DNA of 52,396 nt from Acetivibrionales bacterium (GCA_038249175.1 JBBRWP010000001.1:1-52396); one strand, 5' to 3'; positions 15,678-24,055 are shown, counted from the first letter of the stretch. Translations and numbers: made by a program. The notes: generated by a model from the sequence alone, not told the origin.

Positions 15678-16445
15678 ATGTTGTGTAAAATTCAAAAAAT
15701 GGACTGCCTTTCTGAAGATGTGGTTCGTATGGTAGTGCAATCAGAGGCATTGCGAAGCATTCGCCCCGGGCAATTTGTGAATGTGCGTTGCGGCGACTCT
15801 TTGAAGGCTTACCTGCGACGACCCATCAGCATCTGTGACTGGCATGCTCAGTATGATGAAGCGGATATTGTTTTCCAAATGCGTGGAGAAGGTACCCGTT
15901 TACTGGCAGCCATGAGGCCCGGAGAAATGGCGGACCTTATGGGTCCCTTGGGGACACCTTTTCAACTTGCGGAAAAAGGACAGCACATTGTGGTTGTCGG
16001 TGGAGGCATTGGTTCCTTTCCCTTACTCTATTTGCTACGGGAAATGTCAGGCGTTCACCGTACCGCCTTGCTGGGCTTTCGGAACAAAGACTCAGTTGTC
16101 CTGGAGAATGAATTTCAACGTTTCAGTGAGAATTGTACGGTTTCAACGGACGACGGCAGTTACGGTTTGCATGGCTTCGTAACGGCAGCACTGGCAGAAC
16201 AAATCCAAACAGCAAAACCTGACATGGTGTATGTCTGCGGTCCTATGCCTATGATGAAGGCCGTGGTTGCCTTATGTCAGAAAAACGGGGTTAGGACTCA
16301 GATTTCTATGGAACAACGCATGGGCTGCGGTGTTGGGGCTTGTCTGGTATGCGCCTGCAAAAAAAAGAGCGGTGATGATTACACCTACACCCATGTTTGC
16401 AAAGAGGGACCTGTTTTTAATGGGGACGATGTTGTTTTTGACTGA
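15678..16445 (+). CDS. pyrK: Dihydroorotate dehydrogenase B electron-transfer subunit
   Basis: Ferredoxin-reductase-like fold with RPISI FAD motif. C-terminal 2Fe-2S motif CGVGACLVCAC...C. Start could also be GTG 15660. Confidence 0.85.
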   Translation: MLCKIQKMDCLSEDVVRMVVQSEALRSIRPGQFVNVRCGDSLKAYLRRPISICDWHAQYDEADIVFQMRGEGTRLLAAMRPGEMADLMGPLGTPFQLAEKGQHIVVVGGGIGSFPLLYLLREMSGVHRTALLGFRNKDSVVLENEFQRFSENCTVSTDDGSYGLHGFVTAALAEQIQTAKPDMVYVCGPMPMMKAVVALCQKNGVRTQISMEQRMGCGVGACLVCACKKKSGDDYTYTHVCKEGPVFNGDDVVFD

Positions 16446-16452
16446 CTTTTTG

Positions 16453-16678
16453 CAACTTGCATGAAAAACCGAATATCGACTTTTTGCACCAGAATCATTC
16501 TTGATTCTACCGTAATAACCCGAAAATGCTCCAATTTGATGCCAAATCGCGGCGTTATCGGCAGTACAATGCGCCGCATTGTACTGGTAGACCGTGATAT
16601 TAGCCTAAAATTGGGCATTTTCAATCGATTTCGACTCCTGCGGAGTTGAAATCAGGGTTTCTTACACCAGAATCATCC
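16453..16678 (+). repeat. Family-B repeat copy interrupted by an extra segment of about 118 bp (16500-16617) that contains the perfect hairpin CAGTACAATGCG-CC-GCATTGTACTG (16562-16586)
   Basis: The two flanks align to the contiguous copy at 49121-49225. Confidence 0.75.
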
Positions 16679-16833
16679 TTTATGTGGATTTGATTGATTT
16701 TTAAGGGGCTGTGGGGCTATAAAAGTAATTGTCAGGCTCTTTTAGATTTGTATGGGTAAAGATATATGTAATTTTATGTAATAATATGTAAAAATTTTTG
16801 ATCGTTTTGTTTATTTGATGGAAAGGAAACAGC

Positions 16834-17769
16834 GTGAAAGAAATGCAAGAAAAACCGATTTCACTGGAAGTGGATATTGCCGGTCTGAAAATGAAGAATC
16901 CTGTCATTGCCGCTTCCGGGACATTTGGTTTTGGCCGTGAGTATGCAGCCTATTTTGACCTGTCAAAACTCGGCGGTATTTCCGTTAAAGGGCTCACCTT
17001 GGAACCCCGCAGGGGAAATGCTCCACCACGGATAGCTGAAACACCGGGCGGCATTCTGAACAGTGTTGGTCTGCAAAACCCGGGGGTTCACGCATTTATC
17101 AAAAATGAAATCCCATTTCTACGCCAGCATGACGTAGCCATTCTGGCCAATGCCTCCGGTAGTACGCTGGAGGATTACATTGCTATAACAGAAATCCTCT
17201 CGGACGCGGATGTGGATGCGATTGAACTGAATCTTTCCTGCCCCAATGTAAAACAAGGCGGGATGACCTTCGGAGCGACAGCCTGCGGCATGTCTGAAGT
17301 GGTGACCGCTGTCAGGAAAAAATGCAGGAAGCCCTTGATGGTCAAACTGACACCGAATGTCACGGACATCGCAGAAATTGCCAGAGCGGCTGAAGCGGCC
17401 GGTGCGGATTCTTTGTCGCTGATTAACACGGTATTGGGGTTGGCTATAGACATCGAAAGTCAAAAACCCGTATTGGGCAATATTATGGGCGGTTTGTCCG
17501 GCCCCGCAGTGAAGCCAATTGCGGTACGTATGGTCTGGCAGGTTGCCAGGGCGGTTTCTATCCCCGTTGTCGGTATGGGGGGCATCTCATCCGGAAAGGA
17601 TGCGGTGGAATTCTTTCTGGCCGGAGCGTCTGCGGTAATGATTGGCACTGCCGGCTTTGTAGATCCGCTTGTCTGGCCGCGTTCGGTGGATGAAATTACC
17701 GACTATATGGCACGTCACCACATCAAAGATATTCCGGCCATGGTCGGTGCTTTGAAACTACCGTTTTGA
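16834..17769 (+). CDS. pyrD: Dihydroorotate dehydrogenase B catalytic subunit (class 1B)
   Basis: ASGTFGFG, LSCPN, GGISSGKDAVEF motifs. GTG 16834 (RBS AGGAAA) or ATG 16843. Confidence 0.9.
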   Translation: MKEMQEKPISLEVDIAGLKMKNPVIAASGTFGFGREYAAYFDLSKLGGISVKGLTLEPRRGNAPPRIAETPGGILNSVGLQNPGVHAFIKNEIPFLRQHDVAILANASGSTLEDYIAITEILSDADVDAIELNLSCPNVKQGGMTFGATACGMSEVVTAVRKKCRKPLMVKLTPNVTDIAEIARAAEAAGADSLSLINTVLGLAIDIESQKPVLGNIMGGLSGPAVKPIAVRMVWQVARAVSIPVVGMGGISSGKDAVEFFLAGASAVMIGTAGFVDPLVWPRSVDEITDYMARHHIKDIPAMVGALKLPF

Positions 17770-17789
17770 ATGTATGCAAGGAGGATAAA

Positions 17790-18671
17790 ATGGACAAAAC
17801 AATTGTGAAATGGCTATTTGAAACAGCGGCTGTCAGGGTCTGCGAACCAAACATGCCTTTTTGGTATACTTCTGGTAAAATCGGTCCTTTTTATATCAAT
17901 ACACATTTTCTCTTTGGGGGGGAAGTACTGGCAACCGCTTTCCTGAAAAAAATAGACAACCTTACGCAGCAAGCTGAATCCTGCAGTGCTGTGATGGAAG
18001 CGTCTGTTCTGGAGAATCTTGAGAAAAACAATATTTATGCCGGTGTCATTGACGCCATGGTCAAAAAGCTTCTTGCGGAAGTTCCACTGGTTGAAATTGA
18101 TGCGATATCCGGCGGAGAGCGTCGGGATTGGTTTTTTTCTTTTGCTGTGGCACACCGACTGAACAAACCCCATGTCACATTGTTTAAAAATGGCACAACA
18201 CAGCTCTATACCGGCAAACAGGTAGAACAACAGTTAGGTTTTCCGCCAACTGGTTCTTCCTTTGTTTCCAATATTCAGGGCAAAAAAGTCTTGCATGTGG
18301 CAGATTTAATCACATCAGCTTCCAGCTATGAACGTGCCTGGGTACCGGCCATTGCAGCACTTGGCGGGCAGATGACGCACAGTTTGGTGGTGGTCGACCG
18401 CCTGCAGGGCGGCGAAGCCTGCCTCAATGCGCTCGGGATAGTATCCATGGCCATGACCGATGTGCAGCCAGCCCTCTTTCAAATTGCTGTTGAAGAAGGG
18501 GTGTTGGATGCCTCGCAATTGTCTCTTGTGCGCCAATATATGAAGGATCCAGACGGTTCTATGAAGGTCTTTTTGCAGGAACACCCGGAATTTATGGCAG
18601 AGGCGCTGGCAGGGGATGAAAAGACTGCACAACGGGCGCGGCTGTGTATTGATCGTAAGTTTTACGATTGA
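17790..18671 (+). CDS. Type-I phosphoribosyltransferase family protein, OPRT-like but about 80 aa longer than canonical PyrE
   Basis: PRPP-loop-like KKVLHVADLITSASS. Location after pyrD. AGGAGG 6 nt before ATG 17790. Confidence 0.55.
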   Translation: MDKTIVKWLFETAAVRVCEPNMPFWYTSGKIGPFYINTHFLFGGEVLATAFLKKIDNLTQQAESCSAVMEASVLENLEKNNIYAGVIDAMVKKLLAEVPLVEIDAISGGERRDWFFSFAVAHRLNKPHVTLFKNGTTQLYTGKQVEQQLGFPPTGSSFVSNIQGKKVLHVADLITSASSYERAWVPAIAALGGQMTHSLVVVDRLQGGEACLNALGIVSMAMTDVQPALFQIAVEEGVLDASQLSLVRQYMKDPDGSMKVFLQEHPEFMAEALAGDEKTAQRARLCIDRKFYD

Positions 18672-18820
18672 TCATTTTGGAAAGCCGGCATGATTGCTGA
18701 TCGACTTTATGTGCTTACTAGGCTGCTTTGCAGCCGCCTTTGCTCATTAACATTATGGCGGCTGAGTTCATCCGGCATCGCACAAGGGTGCGTTATTTTA
18801 TCAAGATTATGATTATATCC

Positions 18821-18996
18821 CAAAAAGTCACTTAGTGACTTTTTGGTGCAATTTATCACCAGATAACTTGCACCAGCATTTGCAGAATGCTGGGTAATCG
18901 TGATAATTTGTCCCGGATTGCAACTTTGTTGCAATTCCCCGCAAGAAAACTTGTGGGGAAAAGTCGTGAAACGACTTTCTGGGGTACAATCAGATT
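18821..18996. repeat. Run of six different short perfect or near-perfect hairpins, ending in a family-B copy (18959-18996)
   Basis: CAAAAAGTCAC-TTA-GTGACTTTTTG; GGTGCAA..TTGCACC; CAGCATT-TGCAG-AATGCTG; ATTGCAAC-TTT-GTTGCAAT; CCCCGCAAG-AAAA-CTTGTGGGG; AAAGTCGT-GAA-ACGACTTT. Confidence 0.8.
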
Positions 18997-19426
18997 ATGC
19001 TTCATTCAAAGGAACCAGTAACGTGATGCGTGTGCCCTGCGGGCTGTTTGGAACAATATGAATATCCTCAGAAAGGCTTTCCAGGATGGAAAAGGCCCAG
19101 CCTCTTGCGTAGAGGTCATCGTCCGACAAGGCGACCCGATTGAACTTTGGGTCATTGGCTTTCATGCCCTTGCCTTCATCGGCAATCTCGAGACGGATGA
19201 CATCACCACAGTGTGTCATGGAAACTGTCACGAGACCAGGTTGTTTACCATAGCCGTGCTCAACAGCATTTTGTGTCAGTTCATCCACAGCGGTTTTGAG
19301 AAGGAAACGTGCATGGACTTTTGTGGTCATCGAAAGAATGGCCGATTCGCACAAATTGACGAAGCGGTCGATGCTTTCCGGGGTGTAATCGACTCGGGCA
19401 GACAGTTGGAATTCTTGAATCTCCAT
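18995..19426 (-). CDS. Orphan RsbW/SpoIIAB-like GHKL serine kinase (anti-sigma-factor type)
   Basis: ELTQNAVEHG N-box and ADEGKGM G1-box, about 143 aa. No STAS protein or sigma factor gene nearby. Confidence 0.7.
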   Translation of the reverse strand: MEIQEFQLSARVDYTPESIDRFVNLCESAILSMTTKVHARFLLKTAVDELTQNAVEHGYGKQPGLVTVSMTHCGDVIRLEIADEGKGMKANDPKFNRVALSDDDLYARGWAFSILESLSEDIHIVPNSPQGTRITLLVPLNEA

Positions 19427-19502
19427 TCGCCCTCCACTTTGGAAAGTTGATGATGGTCATTGGTACCCATTTTCAGGTCAATTATAGCATATTTTTTTGC
19501 AT

Positions 19503-19771
19503 GAGATGAAAACAATGCGTGCGGGTTTGGATCATGTAGGGATGAAAAATGCAAGAAAACTTGCTGAACACGGGATGCAAATATGCGTGCGGGTTTGGAT
19601 CATGTAGGGATGCAAATATGCGAGAAAACTTGCTGCACGCGGGATGAAAACAATGCGAGAAAACTTGCTGAACACGGGATGCAAATATGCGAGAAAACTT
19701 GCTGAACACGGGATGAAACAATACGTGGTCTCTTGCTTAATACGGGATGAATACAATGCATAGGTTGTTGC
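19503..19771 (+). repeat. Eight tandem 33-36-bp units all starting G(G/A)GATG(A/C)AA, in two alternating subtypes (..GCGTGCGGGTTTGGATCATGTA / ..GCGAGAAAACTTGCTGAACAC)
   Basis: Direct reading. Fills most of the divergent intergenic region and ends 20 bp before the rsmF-like start. Confidence 0.9.
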
Positions 19772-19791
19772 TTTATTAGAAAGGGTTTTTC

Positions 19792-21276
19792 ATGAATTTA
19801 CCGCTTGCTTTTACAGAAACGTTACAGACCCTCCTGGGAGATGAAGCCGCCGCTTTCTTTGCGGCATTTGATGCACCCAGAACCTGGGGTTTGCGTGTGA
19901 ACACACTGAAAGAGGATGTTCCTTCTTTTATTGCAAATGCACCCTTTGGGATGCGTCCTGTTGCATGGACAAGGGACGGTTTTCATTTGAACGGAGAGGA
20001 TGCCCCGGGAAAGCACCCCTACTATCATGCAGGTCTGTATTATTTACAGGACCCTAGTGCCATGCTGCCGGCAGAAATTCTAAACCCGCAACCCGGAGAC
20101 AGGGTGCTGGATTTGTGTGCTGCACCGGGAGGGAAAACAGTGCAGTTGGCCGCCATGATGAAAAACACGGGCTTTCTCCTGGCCAATGATATCAGTCCTA
20201 AACGGGTGAAGCCCTTGCGCCGGAATTTAGAGGGGTTGGGTGTCGCCAATGCCATTGTCAGCAATGCCTCTCCGGAAGTACTTACAGCAGTATACCCATC
20301 GTTTTTTGACAAAATACTGTTGGATGTTCCCTGTTCCGGTGAAGGGATGTTTCGCAAAGATGACATGGCAGTTCGCAGTTGGAAAAGGCATGATGCCCGG
20401 GAACTGCAGGCATTGCAACGGGACATCATGAGCAAAGCCTGGACCATGCTCAAACCGGGTGGCCACCTTGTTTATTCCACCTGTACCTTCAATCCGGAAG
20501 AGAATGAGCGAAATATTGCCTGGGCCTTATCTCATTTTTCAGATATGCAGGTTGAGCCTGTGCCATTGATGAATGACCTCAGTCCGGGTCGTGGAGACTG
20601 GGCAGGGGTGGATGCGTTGAACGGTGCGGTGCGAATATGGCCGCACTTGGCAGAGGGAGAGGGCCACTTCGCTGTCTTATTACAAAAAACGGGTGAAGAA
20701 CGAGGTGATTTATCACCAGAAACATTTACAAATGCAGAGGTGCATTCCTTGGAAGAAGATACCCTGCACCTTGCAGGCCAAAGGGCAAAAAGCCTCAGTC
20801 CTGCTGAACAGACCGCAGTGATTGAGGGTTTTCGGCATTTTTGTGTACAACAGTTTTCATCCGACGTCTGCATGATTGGATCCCATGAAAGACTTTCTGA
20901 CAAAGCGGCATTCTACCTGCAAGGTGCCTTGCTATACCGAATCCCGTCAGCCCTTTCGGGTCATCTTGCAAGATTGAATACCCCGGTAACATTGGAAATG
21001 CCGGGGTTATGCCTGGGAGAGATTAAAAACGGCCGCTATGAACCTTCTGCTGCTCTCTTGCATGCACTGCAGGCAGATGGACTGATGCATGTGGTGATGT
21101 TCACCATGGCAGAAAATGCCGATCTGGTACGGCGCTACCTGTACGGAGAAACCTTGATGGTTGAAGGTGAAAAAGGTTGGACGGCCATTCTGGTGGATGG
21201 CTTCCCTCTGGGGTGGGGTAAGCAGGAAGATGGAAACATCAAAAACGGCTACCCGAAAGGGTGGCGCATGCAATGA
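19792..21276 (+). CDS. rsmF: RsmB/RsmF-family rRNA m5C methyltransferase with C-terminal PUA-like domains
   Basis: VLDLCAAPGGKT, LLDVPCSGEGMFRK, YSTCT motifs. Confidence 0.8.
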   Translation: MNLPLAFTETLQTLLGDEAAAFFAAFDAPRTWGLRVNTLKEDVPSFIANAPFGMRPVAWTRDGFHLNGEDAPGKHPYYHAGLYYLQDPSAMLPAEILNPQPGDRVLDLCAAPGGKTVQLAAMMKNTGFLLANDISPKRVKPLRRNLEGLGVANAIVSNASPEVLTAVYPSFFDKILLDVPCSGEGMFRKDDMAVRSWKRHDARELQALQRDIMSKAWTMLKPGGHLVYSTCTFNPEENERNIAWALSHFSDMQVEPVPLMNDLSPGRGDWAGVDALNGAVRIWPHLAEGEGHFAVLLQKTGEERGDLSPETFTNAEVHSLEEDTLHLAGQRAKSLSPAEQTAVIEGFRHFCVQQFSSDVCMIGSHERLSDKAAFYLQGALLYRIPSALSGHLARLNTPVTLEMPGLCLGEIKNGRYEPSAALLHALQADGLMHVVMFTMAENADLVRRYLYGETLMVEGEKGWTAILVDGFPLGWGKQEDGNIKNGYPKGWRMQ

Positions 21277-22019
21277 GTATTTTGCCAACAGGAAATGAAA
21301 AAATAATGTTGCGATTGGACAAATGCCTTGCAGATTGCGGCATTGCGTCACGGCGGGACATTAAAAAAATGATTCAGAAAAGTCGGGTATGGGTGGATGG
21401 CGTGCCCGAAAAAAATGCTGCCTGTCACGTTGATCCAATCGGTCAAGTCATTATGGTGGATGGACAAAGGCTGTATTGGAAACAGACTTTTGTCTTTTTG
21501 TTGAATAAACCACGGGGTGTCATTACCGCTACCGAAGATAAGAAATTACCAACGGTCATGGATATTTTACCTGAACGAATGCAAAGAATGAACCTTGTGC
21601 CGGTCGGTCGTTTGGACAGAGATACAGAAGGCTTGCTGCTCCTGACCAATGACGGTGTTTTGGCGCATACTCTTTTGACACCCAAAAAACATGTGGATAA
21701 ATTATATGAAGCCGTATTGGACAAAATGCCGGATTTGGATGCGGAAAAGCGCTTTCAGGAAGGCCTTGTCCTGGCCGATGGCACAGTCTGTCGACCGGCG
21801 GTTTTAGAAAGGGTGATTTGCGGGGTGCCGACCGCCTGTGTGACCCTTGTGGAAGGTAAATTCCATCAGGTGAAACGCATGTTGCAGGCTGTCGGCAGTC
21901 ATGTCGTTGCGTTGAAGCGCTTGCGAATGGGTCCTATTCATCTGGATGAGGGCATGGCACCTGGTGCTGTGCGTGAATTATCGGAAAAAGAAGTGCGGCT
22001 GTTGTATCGGGATGAATAA
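21273..22019 (+). CDS. RsuA/RluB-family pseudouridine synthase with S4 domain
   Basis: S4 RLDKCLADCGIASRRD; catalytic GRLDRDTEGLLLLTNDG. Start uncertain (ATGA overlap at 21273, or ATG 21306). Confidence 0.8.
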   Translation: MSILPTGNEKIMLRLDKCLADCGIASRRDIKKMIQKSRVWVDGVPEKNAACHVDPIGQVIMVDGQRLYWKQTFVFLLNKPRGVITATEDKKLPTVMDILPERMQRMNLVPVGRLDRDTEGLLLLTNDGVLAHTLLTPKKHVDKLYEAVLDKMPDLDAEKRFQEGLVLADGTVCRPAVLERVICGVPTACVTLVEGKFHQVKRMLQAVGSHVVALKRLRMGPIHLDEGMAPGAVRELSEKEVRLLYRDE

Positions 22020-22028
22020 GTATAGTTT

Positions 22029-22272
22029 GTGTCATGGGGACGTGCGTGTGTCATGGGGACGGTGTCATGGGGACGTGTCTATTGGAGTGTAGTGTGTCAT
22101 GGGGACGTGTCTATTGGAGTGTGTCATAGGTGGGGGTGTATGTCATAGGGACGTTTTTATTGGCACAGTCCCTGTGTCACAGGGATAAAAAAGCATGGCA
22201 CTTGTGACACTGGCGTGACAAGAGCACCGTCAAAGTGTCACACAACAAGAGAACCGTACCCATGTCACACAT
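22029..22272. repeat. Dense array of GTGTCA(T/C)(G/A)GGGAC(G) motifs (4 exact GTGTCATGGGGACG at 22029, 22048, 22062, 22094, plus variants), a 17-bp perfect palindrome TCCCTGTGTCACAGGGA (22169-22185) and further GTGACA/TGTCAC words
   Basis: Direct reading. Occupies the whole 270-bp region upstream of the 22290 gene. Confidence 0.85.
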
Positions 22273-22289
22273 AAAAGAAGGAGGTTTCA

Positions 22290-23591
22290 ATGGAGAAGCA
22301 AACAACAGGTAAACTGACGCTTTTACTGACGGGTATTGTTGCAAGACTAGAAGAAAACTTTGATTATCTGATAGAGATAAAAGGGCACTTTGTTTCGGGT
22401 ACCGTTCAGACCCCCTTTTCGTTTATACCCGAAGGTGGTCTTTTACTGGGCGCAATCGGCGCCGAAAAAAAGACAATACCCTTGGATGTTTTTCAGGAAA
22501 CAGTATTGGCAGAAGCCAAGCGGCAGGACGCCATCATCATGAAAATCATCTATCGTGGCGAAACACAGGTACTTGAATCCAGCCCGCAAATGACTCGGAT
22601 AAAATCGCTTGAACAGGAAGTCCTTTCTGTGTTACAAACCACTGGGGGCTCAACGGGGGATAGCCCAAAGAAAAAAAATACTATTTATGCACAGCAGGCA
22701 AATGCTATTCATGACAGTGGCACGAGCACCCTGATGATGCATCGTAACTATCTGGTGAAGCCGGGCGAAGCAGATGTCCTGCTCAAAGAGATTGGCATTA
22801 TGGCTGAAAACGGAAAGGTCAGAAACGACAGAATTCGGAAGTACAACCAAATTGACCATTTTGTAGAATTATTGTCTCCGATGATAGAAACACTGGCAAA
22901 AGAAAAAAGCGACTTGTTCATCGTGGATTGCGGGTGTGGAAAATCTTATCTTTCTTTTGTTTTGAATTATTACATTCGTGAGATCATGAAAATGAAAGCG
23001 CACATTCTGGGGATCGATATTGCAGAAGGAGTGATTGCCTCCTCGCGGGAAACAGCACGGAAATTACAATATCGCAATATGGACTTTTACTGCGGCAATA
23101 TACGGGAACTCTTCATTGATGGAGAAGGGCCTGTGAAGCGGCAACCGGATCTGGTCATTAGTCTGCACGCCTGTGATGTGGCAACCGACTACGCCCTGGC
23201 TTTTGGTATGCGAAACGGTGCCAGAGCCATCGTGTCCGTTCCTTGTTGTCACCATGAATTTGTCGGTCAAATGAAAAATGAAGGTTTGCTGGAAGATCTT
23301 CTGCGCTTTGGCCCTTTGAAGGCACGGTTTGCGGACACACTGACGGACAGCTTGCGGATGCTGATGTTGGAGGCCGCCGGCTATGAAGTTTCCTGCGTTG
23401 AATGGGTTTCGCCATTGGAAACACCAAAAAATCTAATGATACGGGCCAATCAGAAGACAGAAGGCAATGAGGATAAGCGGAAACGTGTAGAGGAGATTAT
23501 GGTCGAGTACCATCTGCGCTTTACTTTGTATGAAGAGATGCGCGGGTTTTTAGGCAATGGCGCTTTACGAATAGACGGGTCTGCTTATTGA
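22290..23591 (+). CDS. Class I SAM-dependent methyltransferase with N-terminal domain of unknown function
   Basis: Motif I FIVDCGCGKSY and ISLHACDVATD. RBS GAAGGAGG. Confidence 0.65.
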   Translation: MEKQTTGKLTLLLTGIVARLEENFDYLIEIKGHFVSGTVQTPFSFIPEGGLLLGAIGAEKKTIPLDVFQETVLAEAKRQDAIIMKIIYRGETQVLESSPQMTRIKSLEQEVLSVLQTTGGSTGDSPKKKNTIYAQQANAIHDSGTSTLMMHRNYLVKPGEADVLLKEIGIMAENGKVRNDRIRKYNQIDHFVELLSPMIETLAKEKSDLFIVDCGCGKSYLSFVLNYYIREIMKMKAHILGIDIAEGVIASSRETARKLQYRNMDFYCGNIRELFIDGEGPVKRQPDLVISLHACDVATDYALAFGMRNGARAIVSVPCCHHEFVGQMKNEGLLEDLLRFGPLKARFADTLTDSLRMLMLEAAGYEVSCVEWVSPLETPKNLMIRANQKTEGNEDKRKRVEEIMVEYHLRFTLYEEMRGFLGNGALRIDGSAY

Positions 23592-23644
23592 CAGATGCGC
23601 AGGACATTTGTATAATGGGTCGTGCAGTGGAAAACCGCAGAGAT

Positions 23645-23718
23645 GCGGGTGTAGTTCAATGGTAGAACTCCAGCCTTCCAAGCTGGTCGCGTGGGTCCGA
23701 TTCCCATCACCCGCTCCA
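23645..23718 (+). tRNA. tRNA-Gly (anticodon UCC), CCA encoded
   Basis: Cloverleaf read by hand: acceptor GCGGGTG/CACCCGC, D arm GTTC-AATGGTA-GAAC, anticodon arm CCAGC-CTTCCAA-GCTGG, T arm GTGGG-TCCGATT-CCCAT. Confidence 0.92.
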
Positions 23719-23725
23719 TAGAAAA

Positions 23726-23751
23726 GATGCAACGGAAGTTGCGTCTTTTTT
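23726..23751 (+). terminator. Intrinsic terminator after tRNA-Gly
   Basis: GATGCAAC-GGAA-GTTGCGTC followed by TTTTTT. Confidence 0.8.
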
Positions 23752-23810
23752 GTATATGAAATGATTGGTTTCATAGAACCGGTCACATTTATGCTGGGTC
23801 TCTTTTTTGT

Positions 23811-23880
23811 CAGATTTATACCCATGCGTCTTCGTTGTGTTCGCACAAAGCCTGCTGAAAATGCTGCGCATTTTCAGATT
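23811..23880 (-). repeat. REP-A unit, reverse orientation (hairpin 23855-23877)
   Basis: CAGATTTATACCCATGCG...CTGAAAATGC-TGC-GCATTTTCAG. Confidence 0.9.
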
Positions 23881-23997
23881 TTTATCACTGCTTACAAAAA
23901 TAAAAAACGGGCAAATTTGACAAAGCTGTTGAATAAGCGTAGCCTTGAAGAGAGGTATTAGCGGTGATGAATACTATACGATATTGTAAAAATTTTC

Positions 23998-24029
23998 TAG
24001 CCGCTCTTATATAAGAGCGGCTATTTTTT
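23998..24029 (+). terminator. Strong hairpin plus T-run with no obvious upstream gene
   Basis: TAGCCGCTCTTAT-ATAAGAGCGGCTA followed by TTTTTT. Confidence 0.7.
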
Positions 24030-24055
24030 GGGATTATAGACCATGGCTGTGTAAG

